The notes under the pieces were generated by a model that saw nothing but the letters and a program-made list of their open reading frames with translations, searched no databases and had not been told where the DNA came from. Of a stretch of 64,000 nucleotides of DNA, positions 22,801 through 37,594 are shown piece after piece (position 1 is the stretch's first letter; the number at the start of each line of letters is the position of its first letter). Source of the DNA: Fonticula alba ATCC 38817 (Eukaryota > Protista > Nucleariida). Made by a program: the position numbers and the translations under genes. The stretch lies in NCBI GenBank assembly GCA_000388065.2, contig KB932209.1. One strand, written 5' to 3'.

Positions 22801-25509
22801 GCCGTTCCAAATCCGCCACCAGGGCCAGATCCTCGGCCGGCGACTGCTCACCGGCCGGCGACAAGAGCGAGCCCACTCGAGCCACGGCCGATTTCACCAG
22901 GCCCAGCTGGCTGGAAATCCCGGCCCCGGGCCCGACCAAATCGTCCTCCTCACCATCACCGGCCAGCCCGGCCAGCGGATGGTCCGCCGGGTCGTCATCC
23001 TGGCCGAGCTCCACATCACCGTCGAACCCCTCGCCGAGCAGGTCACCGGCGCCGCCGTCCCCGGGCGAATCCACCAACAGGGCCTGGATATCGGCAGTCA
23101 GGATATCCAGCAGGCGCTTTTCGGCCGAGGGATTGCGCCCGAGAGCTTGGCCAGGGCCCGGTGCCTGCAGGGCGGCCTCCAGGGCGGAGGACAGTTTGGC
23201 GCCTGGCGGGAAGGTGGCCAGGCCGAGCTCCGCCCCGGCCAGCATGTGCTGCCGCAAGCGCGCCTCGCCGGACACGCGTTGCCGCGTGTCCGACGTGGCC
23301 GATGGCCCGGGGCCCGGCCGCGCGCGCGACCGAACCACAAGCCCCGACAGGTTGAGGTCATCCTCCTCATCCTCATCCCCGGCATCATGCTCCTCCTGCT
23401 CGTCGGCCGGGGCGGCCAGGCTGGCGGCCCCGGTGTCGGCGGCCACCGACTGGACAATGCGCCGGAGGACCTCCTGCAGGGAATCCTCCTCCTGATCATC
23501 GGCCGCGGCCGGGGCGACGCCAGGGCGCACGGCACGCCGGCGGGTCATCCGCACAGGAGCAGGCCCGGCCGGCTCGGCCAGGTCGGCTGGCGCGGCCAAT
23601 TGCTCGGCCTCCAGGCGCTGGAGCACACGCTGGCCGAGGCCAATTGACCGGTGCTGCCGCAAGGCACGCAGCGGCCCAGAGGCAGTAGAGGAGGGAGGCG
23701 AAGAGGACACCGGACCGACACCTGCCGCAGCACCGGCCACCGGGGCCGAGGGGGCGGCACCGGCCGACCCCAGCACCGTTTCCTCCTCGCTGGTTTGCAA
23801 GTCGTCCTCGCTGTCGGCCGAAGACAGGGAATAGTGCGCGCGGAGGCGCGCCCGACGGGAGAGACTATCGCTGGAGGAGGATGCGGTCGGGGTGGTGGGC
23901 ATGGCAGGGGCACTGGCAGCGGGGACGGCCATACCGGCACCCGGGAACACCGGCGAAGAGGCGCCCGTGGCAGAGGCGCCCCTCGCCGGGGGGGTGGCCG
24001 GCGAAGTGGCAACAGTCACGGCAGCCGCCGCCGCCGGCCGGCGGCCTGCCGCGCCCGGTTGCATGGATGGGGTGGCCGGCTGCGAGGCGCTCTGTGGCCG
24101 AGCTCCGGGCTCAGGAGCTGACTCGTCGGCCGCCGGACCGGCCAGTGCCGGCGGACTGCCAGCCGAGGAAGACCGCCGTGCCAGCTTGTCAATGAAGTTG
24201 CTGAAGAACGAGGGCGAGGTGGTTTGAGGAGGTGCGGGCGCTGGCACGGGGGCCGGCTCCGGCGAGGGGGCACGGACGCGGGGGGCACGAGCACGGCGTT
24301 GCACGGCCGGCGCCTCGTCCGGCCGCCCCTCCGGGCTCTCGGCCCCCGAATGGGGTGGCTTTGTGACGGCCTCCTCCTTGCGGCTGGCCTGGGCCCGGGG
24401 CGACTTCTCGATGGCCGGCACCTCCGACAGGGGGGCCGCCTCCGTGGCTGGCAGCATGTGGACCGGCTCCTCGATGGCGGGCCTTTCACGGGCAGGCTGT
24501 GGGAGGGTCGAGTTTCGAACGGTCATCTTCTCGATGGTAGCCTGCTCGTGGGGCGCCCCAGAGCCGGCTGGCTGTGCCAGGGGCACTGCCTGCACCGGGG
24601 CAGCGGCTTGCTCGGGCGCGGCCCCGAGGACCGGCCGCTCGGCGGTGGTCTCCACACCGATGGCCTGCGAGCGCTTCTTCCGCTTGATCGGCTTCTTGGC
24701 GATGGGGCCCGGGGTGGCCGGGGCCAAATGCGACACCGGGGACGAGCGGTGCTCTGGCCGGCGAGCAAAGAGCCCATTTGGCCAAGGACATGCGAAAGGG
24801 GGAGGCGGACAGGGGGGGGGGGGGGGGGGGGGGAAGGAAACCCCTCAAGTCAGTGACGGCATGGGGCAATGGCCAAGGGCGCGAAGCACGCACCATGGGC
24901 CGCGGAAAGGGACAGGATTTCGTCGATGGCCGCATCGCTTGGCAGCGGCAGCTGCCCGCTCGACCCGGCCAGCAGCAGGAGCGAGGGAGCCTCTGGCAGG
25001 GAGTCCACCTCCTCCGGGGCGCCCTCCGGAAGGGGATCCTCAGCGTCAAGGGCAATGCTGCTGGAGGAGGATGCAACAGCGGCGCCATCAGGGATCACGG
25101 CCACCGGGGAGCCGGGCCCGGCGCTCAGGAACCCGAAGGCCGATGGAGCCACCGCCTCATCGTCAAGCACTTCATGCGGTGGCTGGTGGTCGGAAGCATC
25201 CCGGGACAGGGCCCCGGGGCCCGGCTCGGCGGGATCGTCCGCCCGAGTGGCCGACGGCTCCGGCTGATGGGAGTAGTCGATGTCCAGGTCGTCGCCGACA
25301 CCGGCCAAAGCCAAAGCCAAGCTCAGGGCATCCTCCTCGTCAGCCATGGAGGAGTCCTCCTCCTGGGCGGCAGGCATCGCGGGAGCCGGCTTCGGCGTAA
25401 CCGCCGATGAAACATCCTCCTCCGAGGAGGATGCATGCGACGTGGCGGCCGGCGACAGGAAGGAAAAGGCCGATGGCCCATCGGCCGCGACCTCCGACGT
25501 GGTAGTCAT
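19820..25509 (-). CDS. Large (~1700 aa) acidic low-complexity/coiled-coil protein of unknown function; exons 25509-24894, 24753-22106, 21926-21828, 21744-21193, 20998-19820
   Basis: Five exons joined by GT-AG introns total 5094 nt (in frame). Disordered Pro/Ala/Asp/Glu N-terminal half; long heptad-rich C-terminal region (EELFAERSALRDEILELETRL...); QRAAALGDFRAAGRHRQAVEAL resembles a UVR (UvrB/C) motif. Start codon uncertain. Confidence 0.72.
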
Positions 25510-26648
25510 GAGCCGAGCGGGGAGGGACTCAGTGAGCGGAGGGGGGGCGGGGGGGGGGGGGGGGAGGAGAACCGGCGCGTGAGTCGGAGGCGAACAGGGT
25601 GTGGGGTATGGCTGGCGATTGGGGCGCCTGTCTGTCCGTCGACACACAAATGCGTCTTCCTCCTGGTGTGTGTGTGTGTGTGTGTGCGTGTGTGCGCGCG
25701 TGGCAGGCGAGGCTTGTCCGGTGCCCTGCTCGCCGGGAGGCAGTCCGGCCCAGGGCCGTCCGGCAGGCGGCGGCCAAGTCGCGGCGGGCAGTGGCGCCGA
25801 TCTCATTGCGCGCCGGCGGCACCGTGGCCGCCGGATCGCCGAAGCGCAAGTCGCACCCCAGCCACTGGTGCAGCGGAACAAGCCCAAGCGTGGCGAACAG
25901 CGGGTCGGGGGGGGGGGGACGCGCGAGGGGAGGGACAGGGGGAGGGCGCAACGCGTGAGGCAACAGCAGGACGTGGCGCGAGGAGGGGGGGGGGGGCTCT
26001 GCTGAAGAGAAGCGGCAGCGATCGGACGGCGGCGGCCTGGCCGCACAGAAATCCCCCCTTCCCGGACCTCCTTTCGGACGGCGGGCCTCCGGCAGGGACC
26101 GGCCTTTGTTGTTGTGATTTCCAAGGCGCCCGTGCCTCGCGGTGGGCCCTGGTTCTCTCGCCGTTCGTTGGACCGCCGGGGGGACTGGACGCCCTTGGTG
26201 CTGGTCAGCCGGCCCGCGAGCCCGACCAGGGCCTATCGCCGGAGCGGGAGCAGGGCCCAGGCGGGTTCGTTGGCACCACTGCTGGACCGAGCCAGCCGCG
26301 TCCTCAATCGGAGGCTCTATTCCGGGGGGGGGGGGCCGATGCTCACCCCGGCTTGTATGCTGGCGACGACAGGGCATGGTCAACCTGAGTGGGATGGACG
26401 CGCATGTGGCCCCGTGCATCTAGGTGTGTAGCCCCCCCCCTCCCGCGCGCCCGCTCCTGGGCCCGATCAATCCCCCTCTTGGGTCAGTGTGGTGAGGCCT
26501 GCTCTCAGGGGAGGATACCCGCCAAGATACCACCCTCTCTTTGCCTTTCCCTTCTCACCTCCCGTCGAGGTGCCTTGCTTGCTTCGCCCGATCTCCTTGC
26601 CTTTCACAGGCACTTGGCCTCCCCTCAGCGCACAAGAACACACGGCAC

Positions 26649-29537
<2,889 letters not shown>

Positions 29538-29626
29538 ACCCACGTCACGTGACGCATATCCTGTCAGATCCCTTCTTTTGTGTGGGTCATATTGTGTGCA
29601 AGTGGTGGAGCCGGCAAGCCTTTCCT

Positions 29627-29663
<37 letters not shown>

Positions 29664-29968
29664 NNNNNNNNNNNNNNNNNNNNNNNNNNNNNNNNNNNNN
29701 NNNNNNNNNNNNNNNNNNNNNNNNNNNNNNNNNNNNNNNNNNNNNNNNNNNNNNNNNNNNNNNNNNNNNNNNNNNNNNNNNNNNNNNNNNNNNNNNNNNN
29801 NNNNNNNNNNNNNNNNNNNNNNNNNNNNNNNNNNNNNNNNNNNNNNNNNNNNNNNNNNNNNNNNNNNNNNNNNNNNNNNNNNNNNNNNNNNNNNNNNNNN
29901 NNNNNNNNNNNNNNNNNNNNNNNNNNNNNNNNNNNNNNNNNNNNNNNNNNNNNNNNNNNNNNNNNNNN
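29664..29968. other. Assembly gap (N) after a ~35-nt G tract
   Basis: Run of N. Confidence 1.
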
Positions 29969-30372
29969 CCGGGCTCCGAGTGAGTCAATTACCGGGCCGG
30001 GGGGGGGAGGGCCTTCGGGCCAGCCGTTGGGAACGGGAGGGCGCGGGAGTGTGATCACTCGCAGCTTGGTGTCCTTTCACTTCCCGGCCCGGCCATTTTC
30101 CACCATTTCTGTCCAACCGGGGGGGGGGGGGATGTAATTGGGCGACAGGTGGGAGGCTGGACATTGGATTCTCCGGGGGACTTGGAGGGCGCCAAAGAGG
30201 GGCCCCGCTGATGACGAGTGCCGATCAGCGCCCCTAGCACCCGCTTCCCCCCTCTACTTCTTCCCCTTTCCCCCATTACCTCCGATTTTTTTTCCTTTAC
30301 GCCCTCTCTCCCCCCCCCTCCCCCGCCCCCTTCCCCACCTACATCATCATTTCCCCTCCCCCCGCATCCAGG

Positions 30373-32439
30373 ATGGCCCCCACGTCCTCCCGGCGCTGGT
30401 CGATGCTGGCGGTCTTGGCGCTGCTACTGCTCCTTGCAACGACCAGCATGGCTTTCAACACCGACGACGAGTCGAAGCCGGCCTCTAGTAAGGGAGGCAG
30501 TGAGAAGAATGACGGTACGTACCCCGCCCCGCCCCGTCCCGCCCTGCTGCCTCGCCCCTTCCCGCCACCGTCTCCCTCTCATGACGCCATTACCACCACA
30601 CCAACCCCAAGCCCCGTGCTGACCCTTTGCTCAGACCCCACCTCCTCCGCCAGCGAGAAGGACCTCGAGAAGATGCTCAGCGACTTCAAGAAGGACTGCG
30701 CCCCCGGGGCGGTGTACACATACAAGTGCACCGATGAGTGTGACAAGGCTCTGGCCGAGTTGCAGAAGAAAAAGCTCCTGGACAACGACGAGCAGCTGAA
30801 GCATCTGCCAAGCAAGGCGCCTGCCATTTGCGCGTGCCTCGATCGCGGCGACGAGCTGGATGCCCTGCTGGTCAGCCTGGAGGAGGACAACTGCTATGAC
30901 CCGAAGAACCCGCATGCGGTGGAGTGCTCCGACGAGAAGGACTGCCCGAAGCGCATCGAGGAGTTCGCCCAGATGCAGGTGAAGTTCAACTCCGAGTGTG
31001 TCACTGTCAGCCTCTACCCGCCAGGGGACAACACCGCGCGCGACAAGCAGCGCGAGGAGATGGAAACCGCCCTGCTGGACATGTGTAACCCCTGTGCCAC
31101 GAAGTTCGCCGACTTGGAGAAGCTCCTGACGCAGATCCGCGACAAGGGCTGCGACCCGACCCTGGAAAAGCATGTCTGCTCTCCGGAGTGCATCAACCTC
31201 ACCACCCAGTACCAGGCCGAGACTGGGGCTCTCCTGCGGGAGGAAATCTGCCGGCCCAACATGCCCGGCGGCTGCGGCATCGGGGGCGGCATGAGCGAGG
31301 GCAAGATTTATGAGCACCTCCTGTCGGACTCCTTTGGCCTGTTGATGGACCGTTTCAACACCCTGCGCGCCCAGTGCGACCCCAAGTGCCAGGCGGCATA
31401 TGATCGGTTCTATCGCAGTGGTGTCCATGTGCTGGCTCGGTCCAAGGCCGGCGGTCGCCAGTGCTTCACGTATGACTCCTTTGTCGGCGGCAAGCCCGGC
31501 GACAAGATTGACTGGCGCTCGAAGGACATTACCCCGGCCTTTGCCCAGCTTAGCGGGGCCGCCGTCGCCTGCACGGAGGAGGTATGCCGCACGGAGGCGG
31601 TATTCTCCGCTCTCCCCCGGACATTTGCTCACGCTCCCCTGTGCTTCTTCCCCTTCCGGCAATCTGACCTCCTCCTCCGCCCCCGCTCACCTTTTTCACA
31701 TACACACGCACACACACACACACACACGCACGCACATGCCCACCTATGCTCGCCCCTCTGCGTTTATCGGGCGGCCACCCCGGTATATAGTGCCTCCAGA
31801 TGGCCGATGACCGTATCCTCCGCCGTTTCTTCACCATGCCCTCTTCCTGTCGGATTGCTGCCCCTCGTGAGCTGTACCTGAATGTGCGCTTCTCGGCCTC
31901 GTCTTGCACCGCGCCCGGTGGCGAGCTTTACGACAAGAACAAGGACAAGGGCCTCCTCGGCACCAACATCACGGCCAATGTGGTGATTGTCCTGTCACTT
32001 TTGTACGTGCCTCTCGGCCACGCAGGCCTCTCGACCTTCTTTTTCCCCCGGCCCTTTCCTGCCTCTCCCCCGGCCCTGCTCCTCGTCCCCCCCCCCGTCT
32101 GCCCGCTGACCCCGCGCCCGACATGTGGTCCTTTTGCTGGCGCCTCTGCCCCCTCGAAGCTTCTCCTGTGTTCTGGCCAGCTTCTGCATGGTTACCGGCG
32201 CGGTTAACTACTACCGCGGCTACCGTGGCTTGGATGCCCTGCCGAACATTTTCTACTGGAAGAGCCTGGTGCAGGCGGCCCGCGCGGCCGAGGCCCCCGC
32301 TGCCACCGCCGGCTCCTCCACCACCAACACCACCCCCGATTCGACGGCTTCCACCCCGCCGGCTGGCGGCCGGCGGCCGCGTCGCAACAACATGAATGAG
32401 GACGAGGAGTGGCTCATGTTCAATGATGAGGCCCAGTGA
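30373..32439 (+). CDS. Type I membrane protein: signal peptide, Cys-rich helical ectodomain, TM and cytosolic tail similar to ATG27/cation-dependent M6P receptor; exons 30373-30514, 30635-31581, 31800-32002, 32181-32439
   Basis: Signal-like MLAVLALLLLLATTSMA; >20 Cys in the ectodomain; TM VVIVLSLLFFCMVTGAV, then NYYRGYRGLDALPNIFYWKSL (G...PN..FW..L motif of MPR/ATG27 tails); terminal acidic EDEEWLM. Confidence 0.8.
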
Positions 32440-32641
32440 GCGCGCGCGTGTGTGTGTGTGTGTGTGCGGCCACTCCTTCAAAGAAGGCGTCCCCCCCCCC
32501 TGTCTTATGATAGCACGGTAGTGAAATTGCCCTCTGCGCGCGCGGCCGGCCGCGCGTTGGCCCCCCCCCCCCCCCCTGCCGCCCCGTCCATCATCGAGTC
32601 AGCCCCCCTCTCTCTGGGGGTGTCATGCACGGGAAACATAC

Positions 32642-33349
32642 CAACATAGCCGGGCGTGCCGCAGGCGGTCATCAGCACCGAGGAGGAGGTGGTGTCGGTG
32701 AACTTGGACAGACCAAAGTCCGTGATCATGATCCGGGCCTCATCGCTCGGGTCCGAGAAGAGCAGGTTCTCCGGCTTCAGATCACGGTGGACGATGTCCC
32801 GCTCGTGCAGGTAGGCAATGCCCTCGAGGATCTCGCGGACCAGGTGCGACGCGTCGCGCTCGGTGTAGCTGCCCTTGGCAACAATGCGGTCGAAAAGCTC
32901 ACCACCGGTGGCGCTGTGCGGCGGCGCGACAGGATGCATGTCAGAATCTAGCAAGGCATGTGGGCGGGTGTGCAATGGTAATGGCCGCAAATGCGACACG
33001 GCGATCCGATCGCAGAGCGACCGGGCAAGGGGCCAGCCAGCACGCACAGATCCATGACGATGTACAGCTTGCTCGGGGTGTCGAAGGCCTCAATCATGGA
33101 CACGATGTTGACGTGCTTGGCGCGGCGCAGGATCTCCGTCTCGGTCTCGATCATCTCCTCCTTGCCGGCGACCAGGCTCTTGTCGATGATCTTCAGAGCG
33201 AAGCGCTGGCCGGTAGTGCGATTGGTACAAAGCCGCACGATACTGAAGTTACCGGAGCCCAGCTCCTCGCCGACCTTGTACTTGGCCTCGAGATCGGACT
33301 TGCGGTGACGCGGGAGGTAGGTCTTGAGCTTATTTAGAACAGAGCTCAT
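32642..33349 (-). CDS. CaMK1-like Ser/Thr kinase, 5' half only (exons 33349-33048, 32913-32642); subdomains VIII-XI not found in the window
   Basis: GEELGSGNFSIV, ALKIIDK, VMDL/ATGGELFDRIVAKGSYTERDAS, VHRDLKPENLL, DFGLSK, TACGTPGYV followed by a GTATGT donor; no APE exon downstream. Confidence 0.85.
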
Positions 33350-33634
33350 GGTGGCAGGGGCGACGGCGGCGGCGTCGGCGGCGACGGTGGCAGGTGGCGG
33401 CGGCGGCGGCGACGGCGGGNNNNNNNNNNNNNNNNNNNNNNNNNNNNNNNNNNNNNNNNNNNNNNNNNNNNNNNNNNNNNNNNNNNAGAGAGCACGCGCG
33501 AATGGGCGAGAGGAGTTTGCCGGTAGACACGCGGCCTCCCCGCGTGTCACCCCAGTCCCTGCTTCGCCGGCGCCGATCCCCTCCCCCCCCCCGCCGCCCC
33601 TGCCGAGCCCTTCCCTCCTGCGCCAAACGCTCCG

Positions 33635-34417
33635 ATGTCCTCTCCCCAGTCCAACGCACCGCCCGATGGCGGCCCGCCAACTTACGATCCGCTCTACTTC
33701 GACTCGGATGAGGACATGGACAGTGAGGCGGAGTCCATTGAAGATGGGGTAGGACACAAAAAGCGCGCCCCGCGCCAGCGCCCGGTCATCTCCGATGCCG
33801 ACCTTTTGTACGATCCGCAGCATGACATCGACGATGAGATCTGGGTCCAGCACCGGTACATGCACCATCACCACCCGGTGGCCGAGTCGATTCGGGCAAT
33901 GCGCGACACCTCCGGGACACCCCCGGCCAGGGGTTCTGCTGGCGACGAGGGCAGCGGTAGGAGCGACTTCGTCGAGAGCGATGACGAGGATCTCCGCCTG
34001 CAGCGGCGACGCCCCCAAACTGATGCGGTACTTTCCTGCCCAGGGTGCTTCACCACGCTCACTTATGAATGCCGGCAGTGCGTCACAATCTTCCCCCCTC
34101 CTCTCCAGCCTGGCCGCTGGCCCCTTTCGCGCCCCATCCTCTGGCGAGGCTGCCCTCCGTGATGCTGACACACCTGCCGGCTCCCCTTCCTCCGCCTCCC
34201 TGTGCATTTTGTTGGCCCTGGGCACAGGCATGCCGAGCACAAGAATCAGTTCCATGCGACGAAGGTAGTCAACATCCTCGTCAACAAGAAGACCCCGGTG
34301 GCTACCAGCGGCGAGTCCACCTACTTCCAGGCGGTATGCAAGGTGTGTCGGAATCCGGTTGGTGTGTGTAACCAAAATGGCGAGTTCGACTTGTTCGACC
34401 TGCTCACGGGCTTTTGA
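33635..34417 (+). CDS. EAPP: E2F-associated phosphoprotein (Eapp_C domain); exons 33635-34077, 34228-34417
   Basis: LLYDPQHDIDDEIWV; TDAVLSCPGCFTTL..ECRQ/HAEHKNQFHA; YFQAVCKVCRNPVGV...FDLFDLL, matching the EAPP Zn-binding pattern. Confidence 0.88.
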
Positions 34418-34917
34418 ATGTGACATACATGCCCCATGACATGCACACGTCCCTAGTACAAGGGGAACCAGGGGCAGGCCAAGCAGCGTGCCGTGTCCTC
34501 GGCCGATGAGCCAGGGCACAGGCACCACCATACAAATATAGACTTCTTTTCCCTGCCTCCTGTGCTTCCCTTCACATCAAACATGCGCGAGCTGAGCGCG
34601 GACATACACACACACACACACACACATATGCACACATGCGTGCGCACGCCTATACACACGCACATCGGGGAATGCACTTGCACACACGCGTGCACTTGAC
34701 ATGTCCGGCCGGAAGCACATGCATTGGCGCGTACGTGAACATAGAGAGTGAGCTGTCTTAGCAATGCTCCTTTGTATTGAGTGGGGCCAGATAGATGAAC
34801 ATGGGTGCGCAAGTACAGAGTGGGATGACAGAGGGGATGGCGGTAGAGAGAGAGAGAGAGAAGGAGGAAGGGGCACTCCATTCCGATGATGGGATCGGGA
34901 CGGGCAAGAGCATCCGC

Positions 34918-37104
34918 TCACTGAACACGGATCATGCGGATGCAAATGTTGCGCATGCCAGAGTGATAGCGACCAACACACTGGGGATGATTGGCCTCCT
35001 GGATTTCGAGAGTCAGGTCCACCCCAGGGGCCGACGCCCACTTGACGAGCGGATGCATATCCCACAGACAAACGGTCCCGTCTGAAGAGGTGGTCGCCAG
35101 ATAGCCATCCTGGCAAGCCAGGTCCTTGATCCTGACGAGAGAATCGGATGGATGGACAAGAGACAAGTGGTTAGAGAGAGAGCGACAGCAAGATTGAGGG
35201 AAAGAGGCGGAGAGAGGAAGACAGGGGGGGGGGGGGCAGCCCCAAGGACAAGCAGGCCCTGGCAGATGTGTGTAGCGGGGGGATGTACCGGTTGGTGTGC
35301 GCAGCGATTGTGGCCAGGACGTGCCCAGCAAAGGGCTTGGCATCCGCGTCCTCATCCTCGCCCCCCTCAGGAGCGCTGACCGGGCCGTCATGAACATTGA
35401 CCAAAACAAGAGACCCGTTCTCCAGGCCAACGGCCAGAATGTAGCGCTCCTCTTGGGTGTCCAGGTCCTGGCAGGGGACGAAGGCGGCGCAATGGCTCCG
35501 CGAGGGCGGGGTGTAAACGCAAACGTTCTTGCCGGTCTGTGGACAGGAAGGCTGTGTCAGTGAGCGGCCCCGGTGGCGAGGGAAAGGAGGAAGGAGCTAT
35601 TCCTTGGGGAGGATGGAAACGCACGGTGACGGAGGTGACCTGCACCAGGCGGTCGAAAACAACGGCATAAAGCAGCCCATCAGGGGACCACTGAACGGAA
35701 ATGGCATCTAAAGGCGAGAGCAACATAAGGCGAGTAAGTGGCTGCATGGATATGGGTGGGGGAGAGGGGGAGAGAGAGAGAGAGAGAGCAAGGAAAAGAG
35801 AAGCGCGCGGGGAGATGGGAAGGGGAGGCGCGGGACGAACCGAAGGGAAGAGTCTTGCGGAAGGCACACTTGCCGATCTGCAAGTCCCACAGGCGCATGC
35901 TGCTGATGGTCTTGCCGATCTCACCGTGACCCATCCGAGACTTGGAGGAGTTGTCACGGCCAATCGAAATGGCAAGCTGATTGGACGGATGGACGGCGAT
36001 ACCGCGGATGGCACCACTGCAAGACGGAGAGACAGCGGGGAGGGGGGGGGATGCATTCGAGTGGTGGTCAGGAGGGAGAGGAGAGGAGGAGGGGGGTGTG
36101 GTGTCAAGCATGCACCCCAAAGAAGTGCACACGGGCAAAGCGGGGGAGCAGAGGAAAGGCGATGGGGGGGGGGGGACTCAATAAAAATGGAAAATAAAAA
36201 CACACCGAGCGTGGCCCTTCATAACCTTGAGAGGGAGCCAGTCCTTGGAGCGCCAGAGAATGATCTGCCCGTCATCACCACCGGAGATGAGGTGCTCCGC
36301 GCGGACGCCACAGAAGGCCAGCGCCGTGATGGAGCCCTCGTGCTTGTGCAGCGAGCCAAGCTCCACACACCGACGGGCATGGTAAAGCCTGCCAAACGGC
36401 GACACCGAGAGGAGAGGCAGGGAGAGGGCGGGAAAGGGGGAGGGGAGACGAGTCAGATCCATTTGCGCGGAGACACGGCCACACGGCCAGGCAAAATGGC
36501 AGGCTGGGAAGATCCGAGGGGGAGTGCGCGAGACACCTGCCCAAAAGCACACGTACTTGACAATCTCGTCCACACTGCCGGAAGCCACCCAGTTGTGGGA
36601 GACCGCCAGGGCCTGGACACTGCCGACGTGGGCGGCCGTCACAAACCGCGGCTTCATGGTGACCGTGGTCCCGTCGGCGCGGCTGATGGTGTCGGACTTG
36701 CCCTTGCTGAGGATCCGCTGGATCTGGGCGTCCATGCTGTCGGCGATCTGCTGGGTGGGATTCAGCGCATTGGATTTGTTCTTGCGCAGGGGGTCATGCT
36801 CGTCCAGCAGCGGCAGCGGCAGGGTGGCGTCCAGGGCGAAGATCGTCCGCTCGTAGCAGCTGACAATCACGCGCAGGACCCCAGGCTCGCGGTCGGTCGA
36901 GTTCCGGACCACCGGAGATACCTTGACCACGGACGAGAGGGCGACCTCGGCCTCGACGGCGGCGGCGGTCTCGGCAGCGGCGGCGATGGCCTTGGAAGTC
37001 AACGGAGCGGCCGCACCCACCCGGACCTGGCTCGGGCCGGAGCCCTGGGTGGCCTTGTTGGCGCGGCTCAGCGCGCGGAGGGCCTTCTTCTTGTGGTTGG
37101 ACAT
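34918..37104 (-). CDS. PAK1IP1: WD40 60S-biogenesis factor MAK11/PAK1IP1; multi-exon
   Basis: VIVSCYERTIFAL; AAHVGSVQALAVSHNWVASGSVDEIVK; ELGSLHKHEGSITALAF; LISGGDDGQIILWRSKDWLPLKVMKGH; IAVHPSNQLAISIGRD; VQWSPDG; RIKDL...LATTSSDGTVCLWD. Confidence 0.88.
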
Positions 37105-37594
37105 GCTTCACAATGGGGAAGGGGCTGGAAGGAGTGCAGGGGGATGGGGGGGGGGGGGGGGGGGGAGTGGCGCAGAAACAACAAAGGAGGAGAAAGGAGA
37201 ATCAGCGGAGATTGGGCCTGGAGACAACGGCCAGAGCCGGGGCCAGCGGGGGGCCAGCCGATCGGGCTCCAACCCTCCCCTCACCCGTCTCCCGCCACGC
37301 ACCGCCGGCGAAGCATCGAGCAATCGCCGAGGATGGCCCGCACGTCCGGCCCCGACCACGCGGGGAAATCACGCCCGAGGCTCGGTTGGCACTTGGCGCC
37401 TTTTCCGGCGTGTCACCCCCGGCCTGCCCGCGGCATTGAATGGCCCAGTGTCGGATGTCAGCTCTTTGGCCCGGTTACCCAGACGCGGATCCCGGAGACC
37501 GTGCTAACTCCCCTCCCCTGCCTCGCTCGCCTCTTTCACTGCTGCCGTCACCAGTGTCACTCCCTCCCCCCTTTTCCCGTCCACCTCTGCCACC

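Noticed and set aside
21074-23647. 857-aa plus-strand ORF, and similar long ORFs such as 43781-45772 (-) and 35701-37629 (+)
   Set aside because: Antisense shadows of real genes in high-GC DNA; Arg/Gly/Pro-rich with no motifs.
25740-25920. Minus-strand stretch reading PLFATLGLVPLHQWLGCDLRFGD...
   Set aside because: Could be an upstream exon of the large coiled-coil gene or 5' UTR; no start or splice path could be established.
32120-32131. GAC ATG TGG TCC (DMWS), resembling kinase subdomain IX near the truncated CaMK
   Set aside because: On the wrong strand for the kinase, inside an intron of the receptor gene, and not followed by xG or other kinase residues.
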